DNA of 64,000 nucleotides. Source: Octopus vulgaris. Its lineage: Eukaryota. The DNA lies in contig OX597827.1 in the NCBI GenBank assembly GCA_951406725.2, positions 72,788,001 to 72,852,000 of the forward strand. Direction: 5' to 3'. The notes beneath the pieces are model-generated. The model searched no databases, was not told the DNA's origin, and saw nothing but the letters and a program-made list of their open reading frames with translations. A program made the translations under genes and the position numbers. How positions within the stretch are numbered: position 1 is the first letter of the stretch; each line of letters begins with the position of its first letter. Positions 11,497 to 23,847 of the stretch are shown here, one piece after another.

Positions 11497-12709
11497 CTGG
11501 AGGAAAATATAAATAAAAACATGAATTTATTTTTCGTTTTTGTGCTTGGTTTGCAAGATTCTTGATGTGAAATCATGTGTTGGAACAAACTTTGCTGTGC
11601 TTTGGGACGTTCATTATGCCAATAATAACATACACAGGGGTACAATCTCACTTCTTTATTATTAGTCAACTGGCAGAATTGTTAGCATGCCAGGCAAAAT
11701 ACTCGGCGGTATTTTGTCCATCCTTATGTTCTGAGTTCAAATTCTGCCGAGGTTGACTTTGCTTTTCATCCTTTTGGGTCAATAAAATAAGCAGCACAGT
11801 TCATCTGCAGAAAGCTATCTAAAACTATGTACAGAAGCATTGACAAGAAAACTGAAAAACCAGTGTTTTACAAGTGAAACCCCTTGAGATGTTTGTTTTG
11901 CATTCAATGTCAAACACACCCTTTAATTTCATTGTCAGAAATGCAGTGAAATAGTGACTGACCAGTGACAACCTGTTACCAAGAATACCTTTATTCTATT
12001 CTCTAATTAAAAAACACCATCCGAGCGTGGCCGTTCGCCAGCCTCGTCTGGCACCTGTGTCAGTGGCACATAAAAAGCACCCACTACACTCATGGAGTGG
12101 TTGGCGTTAGGAAGGGCATCCAGCTGTAGAAACACTGCCAGATCTGACTGGCCTGGTGCAGCCTTCGGGCTTCCCAGACCCCAGTTGAACCGTCCAACCC
12201 ATGTTAGAATGGAAAGCGGACGTTAAACGATGATGATGATGAATTAGGATATTAAACGTAGAAATAATGTCGTTAACTTTATATTTTATCTGTTTAAAGT
12301 ACTAATTGGTTGTTTCTTCATTTTTATATTTTAAGGGCAAAGTCATTACTTTACAACTACATGATTATGAGTTCAACCCCAGGGCATGGCGTCTTGGTCA
12401 AAAATCTTCTGTCCTAACTTGGGGTTGACCAAAGACTAGTGAGAAAAGTTCAATAGATTTAACACCACCACTAAGTCTATTGGGTGCCTTTAGCAGAATG
12501 CACACTTCTGCAGGTATTCAGGCCCGGTCTCTTGTCTGGGATGAATTTTCTCCCACAAGTTTTAAAGCCCTTATAAAAAACCAGGGGCATACTCCTTTTA
12601 CCATGGGCTAAACGAATAAAAAAGTATAATATATGTCCTCTCAGTGAAATGTATCTTTCATGTGAAAGTTTGAGAAACAATAAAGTTCCCCAGCAATGGG
12701 GGTACTTAC

Positions 12710-12778
12710 ATTCATATCACATTCAATGATTGACACAGCAGGACCAGGTTTTGTTTCAAGGACACATAATTCATATAT
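12710..12778 (-). CDS. UFD1: UFD1 exon 7: [23 protein letters not shown]
   Basis: CAG acceptor, GTAAGT donor, 69 nt. [10 protein letters not shown] is highly conserved in UFD1. Confidence 0.97.
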
Positions 12779-13458
12779 CTGTGAGAAAATACAATAAGAA
12801 TAAAGACAATTTAGAATAGGAATGGACAAGCCTGGGGTAGGCAAGGTAGGCAGTGCGTACCCTTAATAAAATAGATTGATAATAATATTTTCCTTTTATG
12901 GCAAAATATGCACCTAATTCAATAAAATTATGAAGGTTACTCTGATTACTATGCATAAAATACAAAATATTTTATTTTTTTGAAGATTAGGTAGGTATAA
13001 TTTGTCCCTGCTTTTCAATCTCAGTATTAAAGCTATGCATAGTATTGCTGTAGTACACATGCTGCATACACTCCTACAACACCGTTTTCCTTATGTGTTA
13101 TAAAGGCAGAAGTAAATCTGCCTACAACTCAGTCTTAAGTGTTTCGCTTATTTTTTATGTGTTTTACAACATAAAGGGTGCCAACTGCCTACCCTGAGTA
13201 ATTATTGATGGCACATGCCTGGATAATACATATTTTGTATATTGTTGTTGTTTCCCCAGTGACTGTCGAGGATGTTTCCAAGGTTTTATCTGAGTTTGAC
13301 TGGCATAACTTTATTCACATTATATACACACACATACACAAACATGCATATATATATATAGTTAATCCAAACATGAACAAAGAGAAAACACAACAACGCG
13401 AGGATGTGGAACAAGTATAGTGTTATTGGATGCTCAGGAAAGGAAAGAAAGAAGGAGG

Positions 13459-13493
13459 GTTTAACGTTTCAAGCGGAGCTCTTCGTCAGAAAC
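13459..13493 (-). ncRNA. Minimal type-I hammerhead ribozyme motif (Penelope-like)
   Basis: Minus strand reads GTTT-CTGACGA-A-GAGC-TCC-GCTT-GAAA-CG-T-T-AAAC. Core CUGANGA/GAAA, stem I GTTT:AAAC, stem II GAGC:GCTT, palindromic ACGT stem III. Confidence 0.6.
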
Positions 13494-13935
13494 ATAGGTA
13501 AAGGAAAGATCCAAAAAAGGGAAGACAGAGGAAAAAAAATCGCCAATGATACACACACGGTCACATATAGCAGCAAAAAGAAAGTGGAGAGGATACAAAA
13601 TCGACAAACATCAACCGGTGAACATTCTAGTATGTCAGTTTATTCCAATGTATTAGATGAATACACACACATTTATTAGTAATACAGAATATCAAATAGA
13701 AAGAGTTGGTAATTGCAAGAACAAGGGTGTGGAAGCATATAATCAGATAGGTACAGGTGATTAATTGAGTAAATGAGCGAAAGAGCAGATTGTCAGTAGG
13801 TGCTAGAACCTGTAAGCCACACAGAAATATACAGATATATATATATATATATACACATACACACACACACTCAAAGAGTAGACAAGTTTTAACAAAGGTG
13901 TTATGAGTATAACACTTAAAAGGAAGGGAAAGTGT

Positions 13936-13971
13936 GTTTAATGTTTTGGACATTAGTCCTTCATCAGAAAA
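13936..13971 (-). ncRNA. Degenerate second hammerhead motif
   Basis: Minus strand reads TTTT-CTGATGA-A-GGAC-TAAT-GTCC-AAAACA-TT-AAAC. GAAACG has become AAAACA, consistent with two CpG-type transitions. Confidence 0.45.
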
Positions 13972-14387
13972 AGGAAAGAATTAGAAAAAAATCAGGAGGA
14001 AAGGTGATGGGAAAGATAAAATAAAAGGGATTAAGGGGCTGGGTGGGAAAGTAGTTCTATGAGAAGGAGTTAGAGAAGAGGAAGTGGCGTTGTGTGTGCA
14101 TGTGTAGGGAGGTACCCTTGTATGAAGATAGGCATAGGGGAAGGTGTGTGTTTGTGTGTGTGGTATGGGGTGAAGTGATTTCTTGAGGTGTAAAAGTGTG
14201 GGATAAGGAGTGTGCAGGAGGATGGTGAGCAGGTGTGAATGTAAAGTGAGAGGAAGTCACGGAGGAGGTGAAAGGGAAGGTAGGAAAACCACTGAAGAAA
14301 ACAATGCCCACTTCTATACAGAATATTTTTTTCCTTAGCCAAACCAAAGTAGACAACCCATGGAAGATGTCAAGTATTTACACTTAC

Positions 14388-14460
14388 CTTGTCGTTATAT
14401 TTTATGGCAACAACATCTCCAACGGTAAGACAGGCAAAGTTTCTTAGAGCATTCTCTAAC
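14388..14460 (-). CDS. UFD1: UFD1 exon 6: (V)[24 protein letters not shown]
   Basis: 73 nt, GTAAGT donor. AAG acceptor preceded by a U12-type branch site. Confidence 0.97.
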
Positions 14461-14865
14461 CTTCACGAAGAATTAAGGAGAAATCATCATTTACATAAAT
14501 TTCGTGTTTTACTTGTTTCAGTCATTAGATTGTGGCCATGCTGGGGTACCGCCATGAAAAAGCTTTAGTCTATCACTCTCTTTTGCTGAACTGCTAAGTT
14601 ACAGGGACACAAACACACCAGCAACATTTGTCAAGCTGTGGTGATGATGAAGTCAAACACACACAAAAACACACACACACATATGACAGGCTTCCTTTAG
14701 TTTCCGTCTACCAAATCCACTTGCTAGGCTTTGGCCGGTCCGAGGCTATGGTAGAAGACACTTGTCCACAGTGCCACGCAGTAGGACTGAACCTGCAAAT
14801 ATGTGGATAGGAAGCAAGATTCTTACCACACAATCATGTCTATAATTATAATTACAACATATGTA

Positions 14866-15201
14866 GGCACATGGCTCAGTGGTTAGAGCGTCAAGTTTAA
14901 GATTGCGAGGTTGTGAGTTCGATTCCTGCACCAGGCTTCATGTTGTGTTCTTGAGCAAAACACTTTATTTCACATTGCTCCAGTTCATTCAGCTGTAGAA
15001 ATAAGTTGCGATGTCACTGGTGCCAAGCTGTATTGGCCCCTTTGCCTTTCCCTTGGATAACATCAGTGGAGAGGGGAGGCTGGTATACATGGGCGACTGC
15101 TGGTCTTCCATAAACAACCCTACCTGGACTTGTGCCTTGGAGGGTAACTTTCTAGGTGCAATCCCATGGTCATTCATGATCAAAGGGGATATTTACCCTT
15201 T
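14866..15201 (+). mobile_element. tRNA-derived SINE, family D
   Basis: Head GGCACATGGCTCAGTGGTTAGAGCG...GTTCGATTCC. Same family as 55449-55791(-). Confidence 0.7.
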
Positions 15202-15239
15202 AACATATATACCCTCTCAACACCTTCTATTAATTTATA

Positions 15240-15990
15240 CATATATTGTCTGATTGCCCATAATGATAAACAGTAAAGATCGTTTGTCATGGAGAATACT
15301 GTTGACAACAATATAAACTGGAGTGCTCACATAAACAGCAAAGCTGAAATGGCTCACAGAGCGTGCTCCTGGATTCTCAGGACTTTCCAGTCTATAGACA
15401 CTTCTATTATTCGACTTTTCTCTACTTTTGCTTGCCCTCACCTTGTTTACTGCTGTTTGCTGGGGTCCCCCCATACGATACAAAATATTATGAAAAATTG
15501 AAGCTCCCCAGAAATCAATCAACAAAAAAATAGATGACATGACAAGCCTTGACTCAAAATGTTCAGGCTTTACTTTCTCCAATGCTGCTGTGAATGCTAC
15601 ATCATCTGTGGAAATTATTCCATCAATATTGCCCAAATGAGATAGGCATCATCTTTAAAATTCATCCGAGGCTTGGCCCCTGTGCCATCCGTCCACTACA
15701 GAAATCATGTTCCTGTTGTATCACAACACTATGACAGAACTATTTCACCTCAACTGGCCCTGCTCTCTTTAACATTGTGCCAGCCCACATAAAGGAGTAA
15801 AGTGATTTCATGGCATTCAAACGGTCCCTAGATGATTACCCACAACAAATACCAGACAAACCACCCACACTCAGATGTGCCTCTGAAACCAATAACCTTC
15901 TGCTTGAATGGGCTATGGTGTCCAAGAGCCAACTGTATATCTCTCCCAGGTGGTGCTATTAAATTAGACATGGCTTGGGCCAACTTTGGC
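15240..15990 (+). mobile_element. Old, degenerate CR1/L2-group LINE 3' part
   Basis: Broken frames ...NINWSAHINSKAEMAHRACSWILRTF...PHLVYCC, typical of the post-RT region. Confidence 0.6.
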
Positions 15991-16348
15991 CAAAACTTAT
16001 CTGAGTAATAAATATGAAAAGATTTAGCAATGTTCTCTCGTGACGGAATTTTGTCTGTCACTTCACTGATTATTCCATTCAGTGCCCTTAAATATAACAT
16101 AGCAATGTAGCTTACCTATGAGCCAATGAGGAAGCTTCTACGTAGCTGTACAACATGCAAGAAACAACAACCAAATCTCTCTCAAATCTCACCTTACTGT
16201 TTTGAAAGAGAGGGACAAATTGGATAATGTCTTAGATAACACAAAAGGAAAGATGGTTTGAAGTGAAAATCTTTGGGCAAAGGTCTGCTGAACTGAGGTA
16301 GACCTGGGGTTAAACAAAAACAACCTGTAACTTATTTTAAAAGGATAC

Positions 16349-16479
16349 ACAGCTTTAGGATTTGAAATATCAAGAAATTCTGTTTGTTGAGGCTGGAACT
16401 TAGCAAACGTTGCAACAGGCAAATTGACATTTTCTACAGTGAGTTTTGTTCCTTCGTCTAAAAGTAGATTTTTCATCAT
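16349..16479 (-). CDS. UFD1: UFD1 exon 5: [43 protein letters not shown](V)
   Basis: TAG acceptor, 131 nt. Strong match to the UFD1 UT3 domain. Confidence 0.97.
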
Positions 16480-17035
16480 CTATAAAAATAAAACAAATAA
16501 ATAATAATAATAATTCTTTCTACCATAGGCACATTTGTCTATTTATTAGCAAAGTCTCATATAAAATAACTTTTTGTTTTAATCTTGGAATTAAATGCTT
16601 TTGATTTACTGTCAGGTGACTTTTGGCCAATCTTGTATGTGTGTATGTATGTGTGTGTAAATAAATCTTTTCTGACTTGACCTCTTAATGTATTATCTCA
16701 TATATTTTCATTCAGAGATGTCAAATAAATATATATTTGAATGAAAATATACGTTCACTGTACTCTGAGGCATATGTCACTTATTTCTAACCCCAAATAT
16801 TTCGTTTGTGATGTCATTCCCATTTTCTATCATTAACTATCAGTAATTATCATTTCTATCAATAACTTCATAATAAATCATTACTGATCCAAAATAATTT
16901 ATGTACTTATTCTTCCTTATATACAGATTCAAAATAAGTAATAAAAAAATATACTTTTTGCATGTAAATTGAAAAAAAATGTGTATGTTGAGAGGTTAAA
17001 ATATCTTAATTGAGGGCAAAAATCTGCAGGCTTAC

Positions 17036-17157
17036 CCAATATGGTAGATAAACAAGTCCTTCATCAGCTACAAACTCTAAAACACCACAGTGTGTATGCC
17101 GGTTTTTCTCAACATTACTAAGCTTGAACAGCATAGGATACATGATCTTCGTCCGGG
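17036..17157 (-). CDS. UFD1: UFD1 exon 4: (T)[40 protein letters not shown]
   Basis: TAG acceptor, GTAAGC donor, 122 nt. Contains the YPMLF and [13 protein letters not shown] signatures. Confidence 0.97.
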
Positions 17158-17840
17158 CTAAAAAGAGGGGGGAAAAAGAAATAAAAAAAACATTTGAAGA
17201 GCAACATTAAGCAATGACAAACTAAACGTTTAGCAAAACAAAAGCATTAAAATAATTTTCATTCAGGAATAATGTGATGTAGCTCTGATATTAAATGAAG
17301 TGTCAAACACCTGAACTAGGTAAATTAGTAGATCTAGGATTTTCAGGAGCTACAAGTTGTGATGAGTATATAAATGGATTAGCTATGTGTTTCTCAGTGA
17401 TTGGTCAAGTGATGCAGACATATATGGCACAATGAAGAAATTGGACATGTTTGAATGTCTACTAAGTAAATTTACACACACACATATATATGTGTGTTGT
17501 TGGCATTCTGTCGGTTGCGACAATGAGTGTTCCAGTTGATCCGATCAACGGAACAGCCTGCTCGTGAAATTAATATGCAAGTGGTCGAGCACTCCACAGA
17601 CGTTGTACCCTTGATGTAGTTGTCGGGGAGAGTCAGCATGACACAGAGTGTGACAAGGCCGGCCCTTTGAAATACAGGTACAACAGAAATATGAAGAAAG
17701 AGTGAGAGCAAATTGTGGTGAAAGAGTACAGCAGCCCCCCTCCTCCCCACTGCTGGAGCCTCGTGGAGCTATAGGTATTTTCGCTCAATAAACACTCACA
17801 ACGTGTGTGTGTGTATATATATATATATACTCACAACGTT

Positions 17841-17884
<44 letters not shown>

Positions 17885-18598
17885 GTCTCATGACTGCTTG
17901 TTGACAACTTCCTTCTGTCTTGCAAGGGCAATAATACAAAATTTTTCTGCTGTTTTTACAGCAATTCTGCATTCAAAATATTACTTGCTTCTCTTTTCTA
18001 ACAAAAACCTCAAAGTAACATATAACCTTGCTTCTCTATCTCAACCCCTTTTCTTTGTGATATAAATATCAAACACAACACTGTGAAAATATATATTAAT
18101 ATATTTTCAGCAAAACTGTTACACAAAAACATTTTCTATGTGAAATGAACTTGTTTTATTTAAACAAAATTATATGTATATGAATAAACATTTAAAACAT
18201 TTCCAACCTGTTGTCCCACACACACACACACAAAAAGGTGACCCCAAAGTAGGTTTACAGTTATCATGTAGGCACTTTAAATTTCTTTTAATACCTATTT
18301 TACAAACCGAAAAGGGAACTTGACAAAATTAACTAAATTAGCATAGAATAACGGTTTCATATTTTTTTTTATAATTAAGGTCTAAACTGTTAATATATGA
18401 AAGTGAAAGAGAAAGTTGAATAACTGTAAACCTACTTTGGGGCCACCTTGTATGTATTGGTAGTGAGATCAATAAAAAACCCAGCCAAATAAATGAAGAG
18501 GAGAGAAACAAACAAATAATACATGAACATGTACAAGAAAAATAAAACCCAGATTATGTGTTGGAAGCATGGACATGAAAGAGTTAAATCATACTTAC

Positions 18599-18631
18599 TC
18601 AATTTGTCAAGAGCTGATGTTGGCATAATAA
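18599..18631 (-). CDS. UFD1: UFD1 exon 3: (I)IMPTSALDKL
   Basis: CAG acceptor, GTAAGT donor, 33 nt, phase 1/1. Confidence 0.93.
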   Translation of the reverse strand, partial: LLCQHQLLTN

Positions 18632-19233
18632 CTGAAAGAGAAAAATAAATTACGTTTAATACAAATATATATGGAAATTGCAGCTGTGATACCAGTGCCG
18701 GTGGCACGTAAGAGAACCATCCGAACGTGGCCGTACACATTACAGCGGTACTTTTTGGCAAAACCACTAAGTTATGAGGGACATACACAAACTAACACCT
18801 GTTGGCAAGCAATGTGACACACACACACACACTGCAGAATCCACATGGTGGATTCTGCAGTTTTTTTCTACCAAATTTCAATGTGAAAGTAGTGGCTAAA
18901 CCAAAGCTCCAGAAGAAGACACTCAAGGTATTGTGCTGTGGGACTGAACCAGGAACCACATGGTTACTAAGCAAAGTTTTTTTACCAGATATTTGAGTAA
19001 TAAGTCATAACATTTGAGTAATAAGTCATTATAAAAATAATTAGAAAATAATTATTAACAGCCTTCCATACTTCTAGAATTGGTAAGTACTAGTATCACA
19101 AGTGCTGGGTTTGATATAATTAACAAAATACCATTGATAGTGATGGTGCTCCAGTATGGCCACAGTTCATAGGCTGACACCAATAAAATACTCAAAATTT
19201 AAACCGAAATAAAGATGAAAGTAAAATACTTAC

Positions 19234-19348
19234 TTTTGCCACCTTTCTCCACATCCCGTTCTCGCTCTCTCATTAATGAGACAGAATAGCATCTGTAGCT
19301 ACTTTTGAAAGATTGTTCCATGTCAGGAAACAAAGCCCTGAAGTTGAT
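19234..19348 (-). CDS. UFD1: UFD1 exon 2: INFRALFPDMEQSFKSSYRCYSVSLMRERERDVEKGGK
   Basis: CAG acceptor, GTAAGT donor, 115 nt. Contains the YRCYSVS and DVEKGGK motifs. Confidence 0.95.
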
Positions 19349-21124
19349 CTGCAATTATAAAGCAAGAAAAAAAAACAAACAGATTAAATGCTATTTGTAA
19401 AGCACTGAACTTCATGACGAGGGTCATCAAATAAAGTATCAGTCAAGCTGGCAGAATCATTAGCACGCCGGGCGAAATGCTTAGCAGTATTTCGTCTGCT
19501 GCTACATTCCGAGTTCAAATTCCGCCGAGGTTGACTTTGCCTTTCATCCTTTTGGGGTCGATTAAATAAGTACCAGTTATGCACTGGGGTCGATATAATC
19601 GACTTAATCCGTTCGTCTATCCTTGTTTGTCCTCTCTGTGTTTAGCCCCTTGTGGGTAGTAAAGAAATAGGTATTGAGTAACCCCTGGCCTAAAAATTGC
19701 TAAATTGCTGGCCTTACGCATTAATTGGAAAGAATTAGAGAGCAGTGCATGCCATCAAAGTGACACTGGGGTAAAACATACGAAGCCCAGTATACCCATT
19801 ATGACTACCCGTCTGATAAGGGTACACTAGGCACATGCATCACAACCATATGTGGCTCTTGTACTGGTGGTACGTAAAAAGCATCCACTACACGCTCAGA
19901 GTGGCTGGTGTCAGGAAAGGCATCCAGCTGTAGAAACCTTGCCATATCAGATTGGAGCCTGGTTCAACCTCCTGGCTTGCCAGTCCTCAGTCAAATCGTC
20001 CAACCCATGCCAGCATGGAAAGCAGACGTTAAAAGACGATGATGATGATGATTATCCAATGCACCTTTGTTTTTTTTGTTAAGACTTGCCTACTATCATC
20101 TCTAGTAGGCTGAAATACAATAAAAAGATTATTATTTGTTTAGACACAGCCATACAGCTTAGACCACGAGTCTGCTGCCCTAACCACTGGGCCATTGCGC
20201 ATACACACACACACACACACATATATATATAAACAATAGGAGAGGCCACTATACTAGAAGAATAAATGAGGAAACTTTGACACAGCTGCTTGTCTGGCAA
20301 GAAATACCAGACAAATTTTCCTTGGCTCATATCAGACAGTCTAAAAGAAAAAGAAAGAGGGTATATTCCTAGAAAAAAACAAAGCAAAACAAGAAAAAAA
20401 AAAAACGGGAAGGTCATAAGTGGAATACATTTGACCAAAGGTCTATCTGTTCTGTGACTCTGTCGCGACTGGATTGTAACTAAACAACAAAAGAAAGTTA
20501 TGATACAGCATAATTGAAAAAAAAAAAAAAAGAAATCTATCGGGGGAACTCTAATATGGTGGTCGTTTCATCGGCTAGAAATAGCAACCAAATCTCTTTC
20601 AAATCGCAGCAAAAAGAACGCATTGATAATATAGTCGGGGAAAGCACTACTTTTGAAACAGAACCGACAGAATGGTCGTGTTTTGAGTGTACTCTATCTA
20701 AAGTCTGCAGTTTCAGGGCCAAACAACACCATATTTTCACGATAGATATCAGAAGAAAGTTTAAATATATCTCAGTGGAAAAAAAGCAGAGTTTTAGAAT
20801 CGAACAAGAGAATTCGTAAGCAAATAAGATCAGGGAAAAATTAGAAAACTCTTTCAAAAATATTTACGTGAAAAAGGTTTCAAAACTGCCATTTATCCAT
20901 TCCAACTGACAGACTCTTGGAATTTCTGCAAGTCATAAACTAATGTTTTCATGCTGTCTTTAAATTCGTACATATTTTTTTTACTATTTCTTCTAAACTC
21001 TCGGTAAATTTTCATTTATTTATTGTGTGTTTTTTATTTTTTCTCAAATTTATTTCCGGGCATCCATCAAGTTTTCTGTTTTAGGGTTCAGAGCCAATAA
21101 ACGAATTAACAAAGATACCCTTAC

Positions 21125-21160
21125 CTGCTGAATATGAAGCAAATCTAAAGGGTTGTTCCC
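21125..21160 (-). CDS. UFD1: Candidate alternative 36-nt micro-exon of UFD1: GNNPLDLLHIQQ
   Basis: Acceptor TTTGCGTCACTTTCACATTTGCAG, donor CAG|GTAAGG. Phase 0/0, stop-free, in unique sequence. Confidence 0.45.
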
Positions 21161-23782
21161 CTGCAAATGTGAAAGTGACGCAAAATTCATCATCACTTTA
21201 TGAAACAAGAGACGTAACTCCGTATAACGTTCACAACAATTAGAGAGAGGATGAGGGGGGGCGCAAAGAGCCCTCACCACCACCACCACCACTACCAACG
21301 GAAACATCATTGTGTAGGTAATGTAGGAGTATAGCGTACCGTGATTTTCAATCTCCGATGGTATTTTCCCCACTTCGCCAATTATTAGATTTCGATTTGT
21401 CTAAGATAAAGATAGTGTTTGTGAAGGTGGGGGCACGTCAAATGTTTTGGTGGGGCATATGGGTTACTTCAAAATGAAGGCATTAGTAAGTGGTGATGGT
21501 GGCGGTTGTCGCGGGCCTCCGTCGTTCGACGACGAGGATTCAGTTGCTCGATTAACTAGATTACCGCTCCTAAATGAATTAAAGTGCAAGTGGCTGAGCA
21601 TTCCACGAGCTTCTGTCTAGTTACCCAGTTTCACTTACAAGGTTTGGGTCAACCCGACGCTATAAGAAATATTTACCCACGATGTCACAATGCAGGATCG
21701 AACCCAAGGCATCGTAGTTGTGAAGCAAACTTTTTAATCATTTGGGCTATGCTGCTTACAATAAAGTTTAAACTAAAATTTCTTGGCTGGCAGTGTGGTA
21801 AGAAGTTTGCTTCCAAACCACATGGTTTTGGGTTCAGTCCCAATGCGTGACACCTTGGGCAAGTGTCTTCTATTATAGCTTAGCTTATCAAAGCCTTGTG
21901 ACTGGATTAGGTAGACACGGAAACTGAAAGAAGCTGTCATATATATATATATTTCTTAAAATTAATATAGGGTAGGAAAAATTATAGAAATTTCTTCTAC
22001 CAGTGGCCTAGCATGTATACAAAGTCAATAGACATATTTTTCACATAAAAATCAGTGAACATTTAAACACAAAAGAGGTGAGCCTTAATAGGTCGGCTTA
22101 CATACTAGAAAGAACAGTCAAAAAGTCCAAACCAAAGTTAAGAGCAATTTTGAAGGGGAATGAAAAATAAAAACATTTACCATGTTTTACAGCTGGACTT
22201 TAAGTTTCGAACTTTAATTTAGCAAAGAAAATAATTTGCAAGGTGAAGTTCGCATCAGTGGATTTTAGCAATTTCTGAAGTTTAATCAAAATTTATATTT
22301 GGTGCTGACTGAAACTGTGCTTGCGTGGAGGATTTGAAAAATTATAATATATAAGGATGAGACATGTGTTATTTTGTCTCTAATTTAGATGTTAATGTTT
22401 TGGCATATCCGCTGATGAGAACTTCATCTTGCAAATTATTTTATTGATAAGATTATCTACGAAGAAAAACAACCAATATCAATGTATGTAATCTCCAAAA
22501 CCCATGAAACCACATGCACTTTCCACTTTACTATCATGAAAGACAACTCTGAATAATGAAACTAAGATATAAAAATCCACAAACAAGCATAACAGATATG
22601 CATTCAGATCATCAGCTGCCAAACGGATATCAATATGGTTTTGATACCTGGGCAGTACCACTCAATCCTTTAGTTTGGATTACTTGGATTCTGACATCTG
22701 TCACAGGCTATATTTATTAGCCTGGTGAATCTTCATATACAGAGAGCTTATGAGCAATTTTAACTCAATATCAATCTCTGTGTGTGTGCGTGTATATGTA
22801 TATATAAAATCATCATCATGTCCACTATCCATGTTGGCATGGGTTTAGACAGTTTGAGCTGCACCAGCTTCCAGTCTGATTTGGCATGGTTTCTACAGTT
22901 GGATGCCCTTCCTAACACACACACACACACAAAGTTGTCTAAGAATAATTAAATTTTAAAAAAACGAAGTTGTATATTTGGTAATAGAATGGGTGTATAA
23001 TATTGTATACATTAATTGGTGTGTGTATATACTTTATACTATCTTTGTCTGTTATCATGAAATGCCCTTTTTTTCTTTAAATTGGCATGAGGAATTAGTG
23101 AAACAAAAAGGGTTGAAAAACACTGATTTAAAATTACTAATTGTAATTTTTGCATGTATTTAGTACTACAGTTCCCTGGCTGTACATAGGTGAATTCTCC
23201 TTACTTCCGTTATCATATCTGTATTTATTTTATTTCATTTTAGCCGGCCTCATAAATTTCGGTGTTTTTCTCTTCATTTTCTATTTTATTCCATCCAAAT
23301 GTGTTTGTAACATTTCATTGGGCAAGTATCTTCTACTATAGCCTGTTGTATATAAATATATATATATATGGCCGTAGCCAGTACCGCATCGACTGGCCTC
23401 CGTGCTGTGGGCACGTAACAAACACCATCCGATCGTGGCCGTTCGCCAGCCTCATCTGGCACTTGTGTCGGTGGCACATAAAAACACCATCCGAGCGTGG
23501 CCGTCTGCCAGCCTCGTCTGGCACCTGTGTCGGTGGCACATAAAAAACACCATCCGAGCGTGGCCATTCGCCAGCCTCGTCTGGCACCTGTGTCGGTGGC
23601 ACATAAAATCACCCACTACACTCTCGGAGTGGTTGGCATTAGGAAGGGCATCCAGCTGTAGAAACACTGCCAGATCTGACTGGCCTGGTGCAGCCTTCGG
23701 GCTCCCCAGACTCCAGTTCAACCGTCCAACCCATGCTAGCATGGAAAGCGGACGTTAAATGATGATGATGATGATGATGATG

Positions 23783-23847
<65 letters not shown>

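Larger units (their letters stand above)
14461..16348 (-). other. UFD1: U12-type (minor spliceosome) GT-AG intron 5 of UFD1
   Basis: 5' site GTATCCTTT. Branch site TCCTTAAT at 14479..14472, ~11 nt upstream of the 3' splice site. No extended polypyrimidine tract. Confidence 0.9.

Noticed and set aside
18992-19030. Short local tandem duplications (also ~4375, 7225, 26735, 31500, 58153)
   Set aside because: Ordinary slippage or repair products with no further structure.
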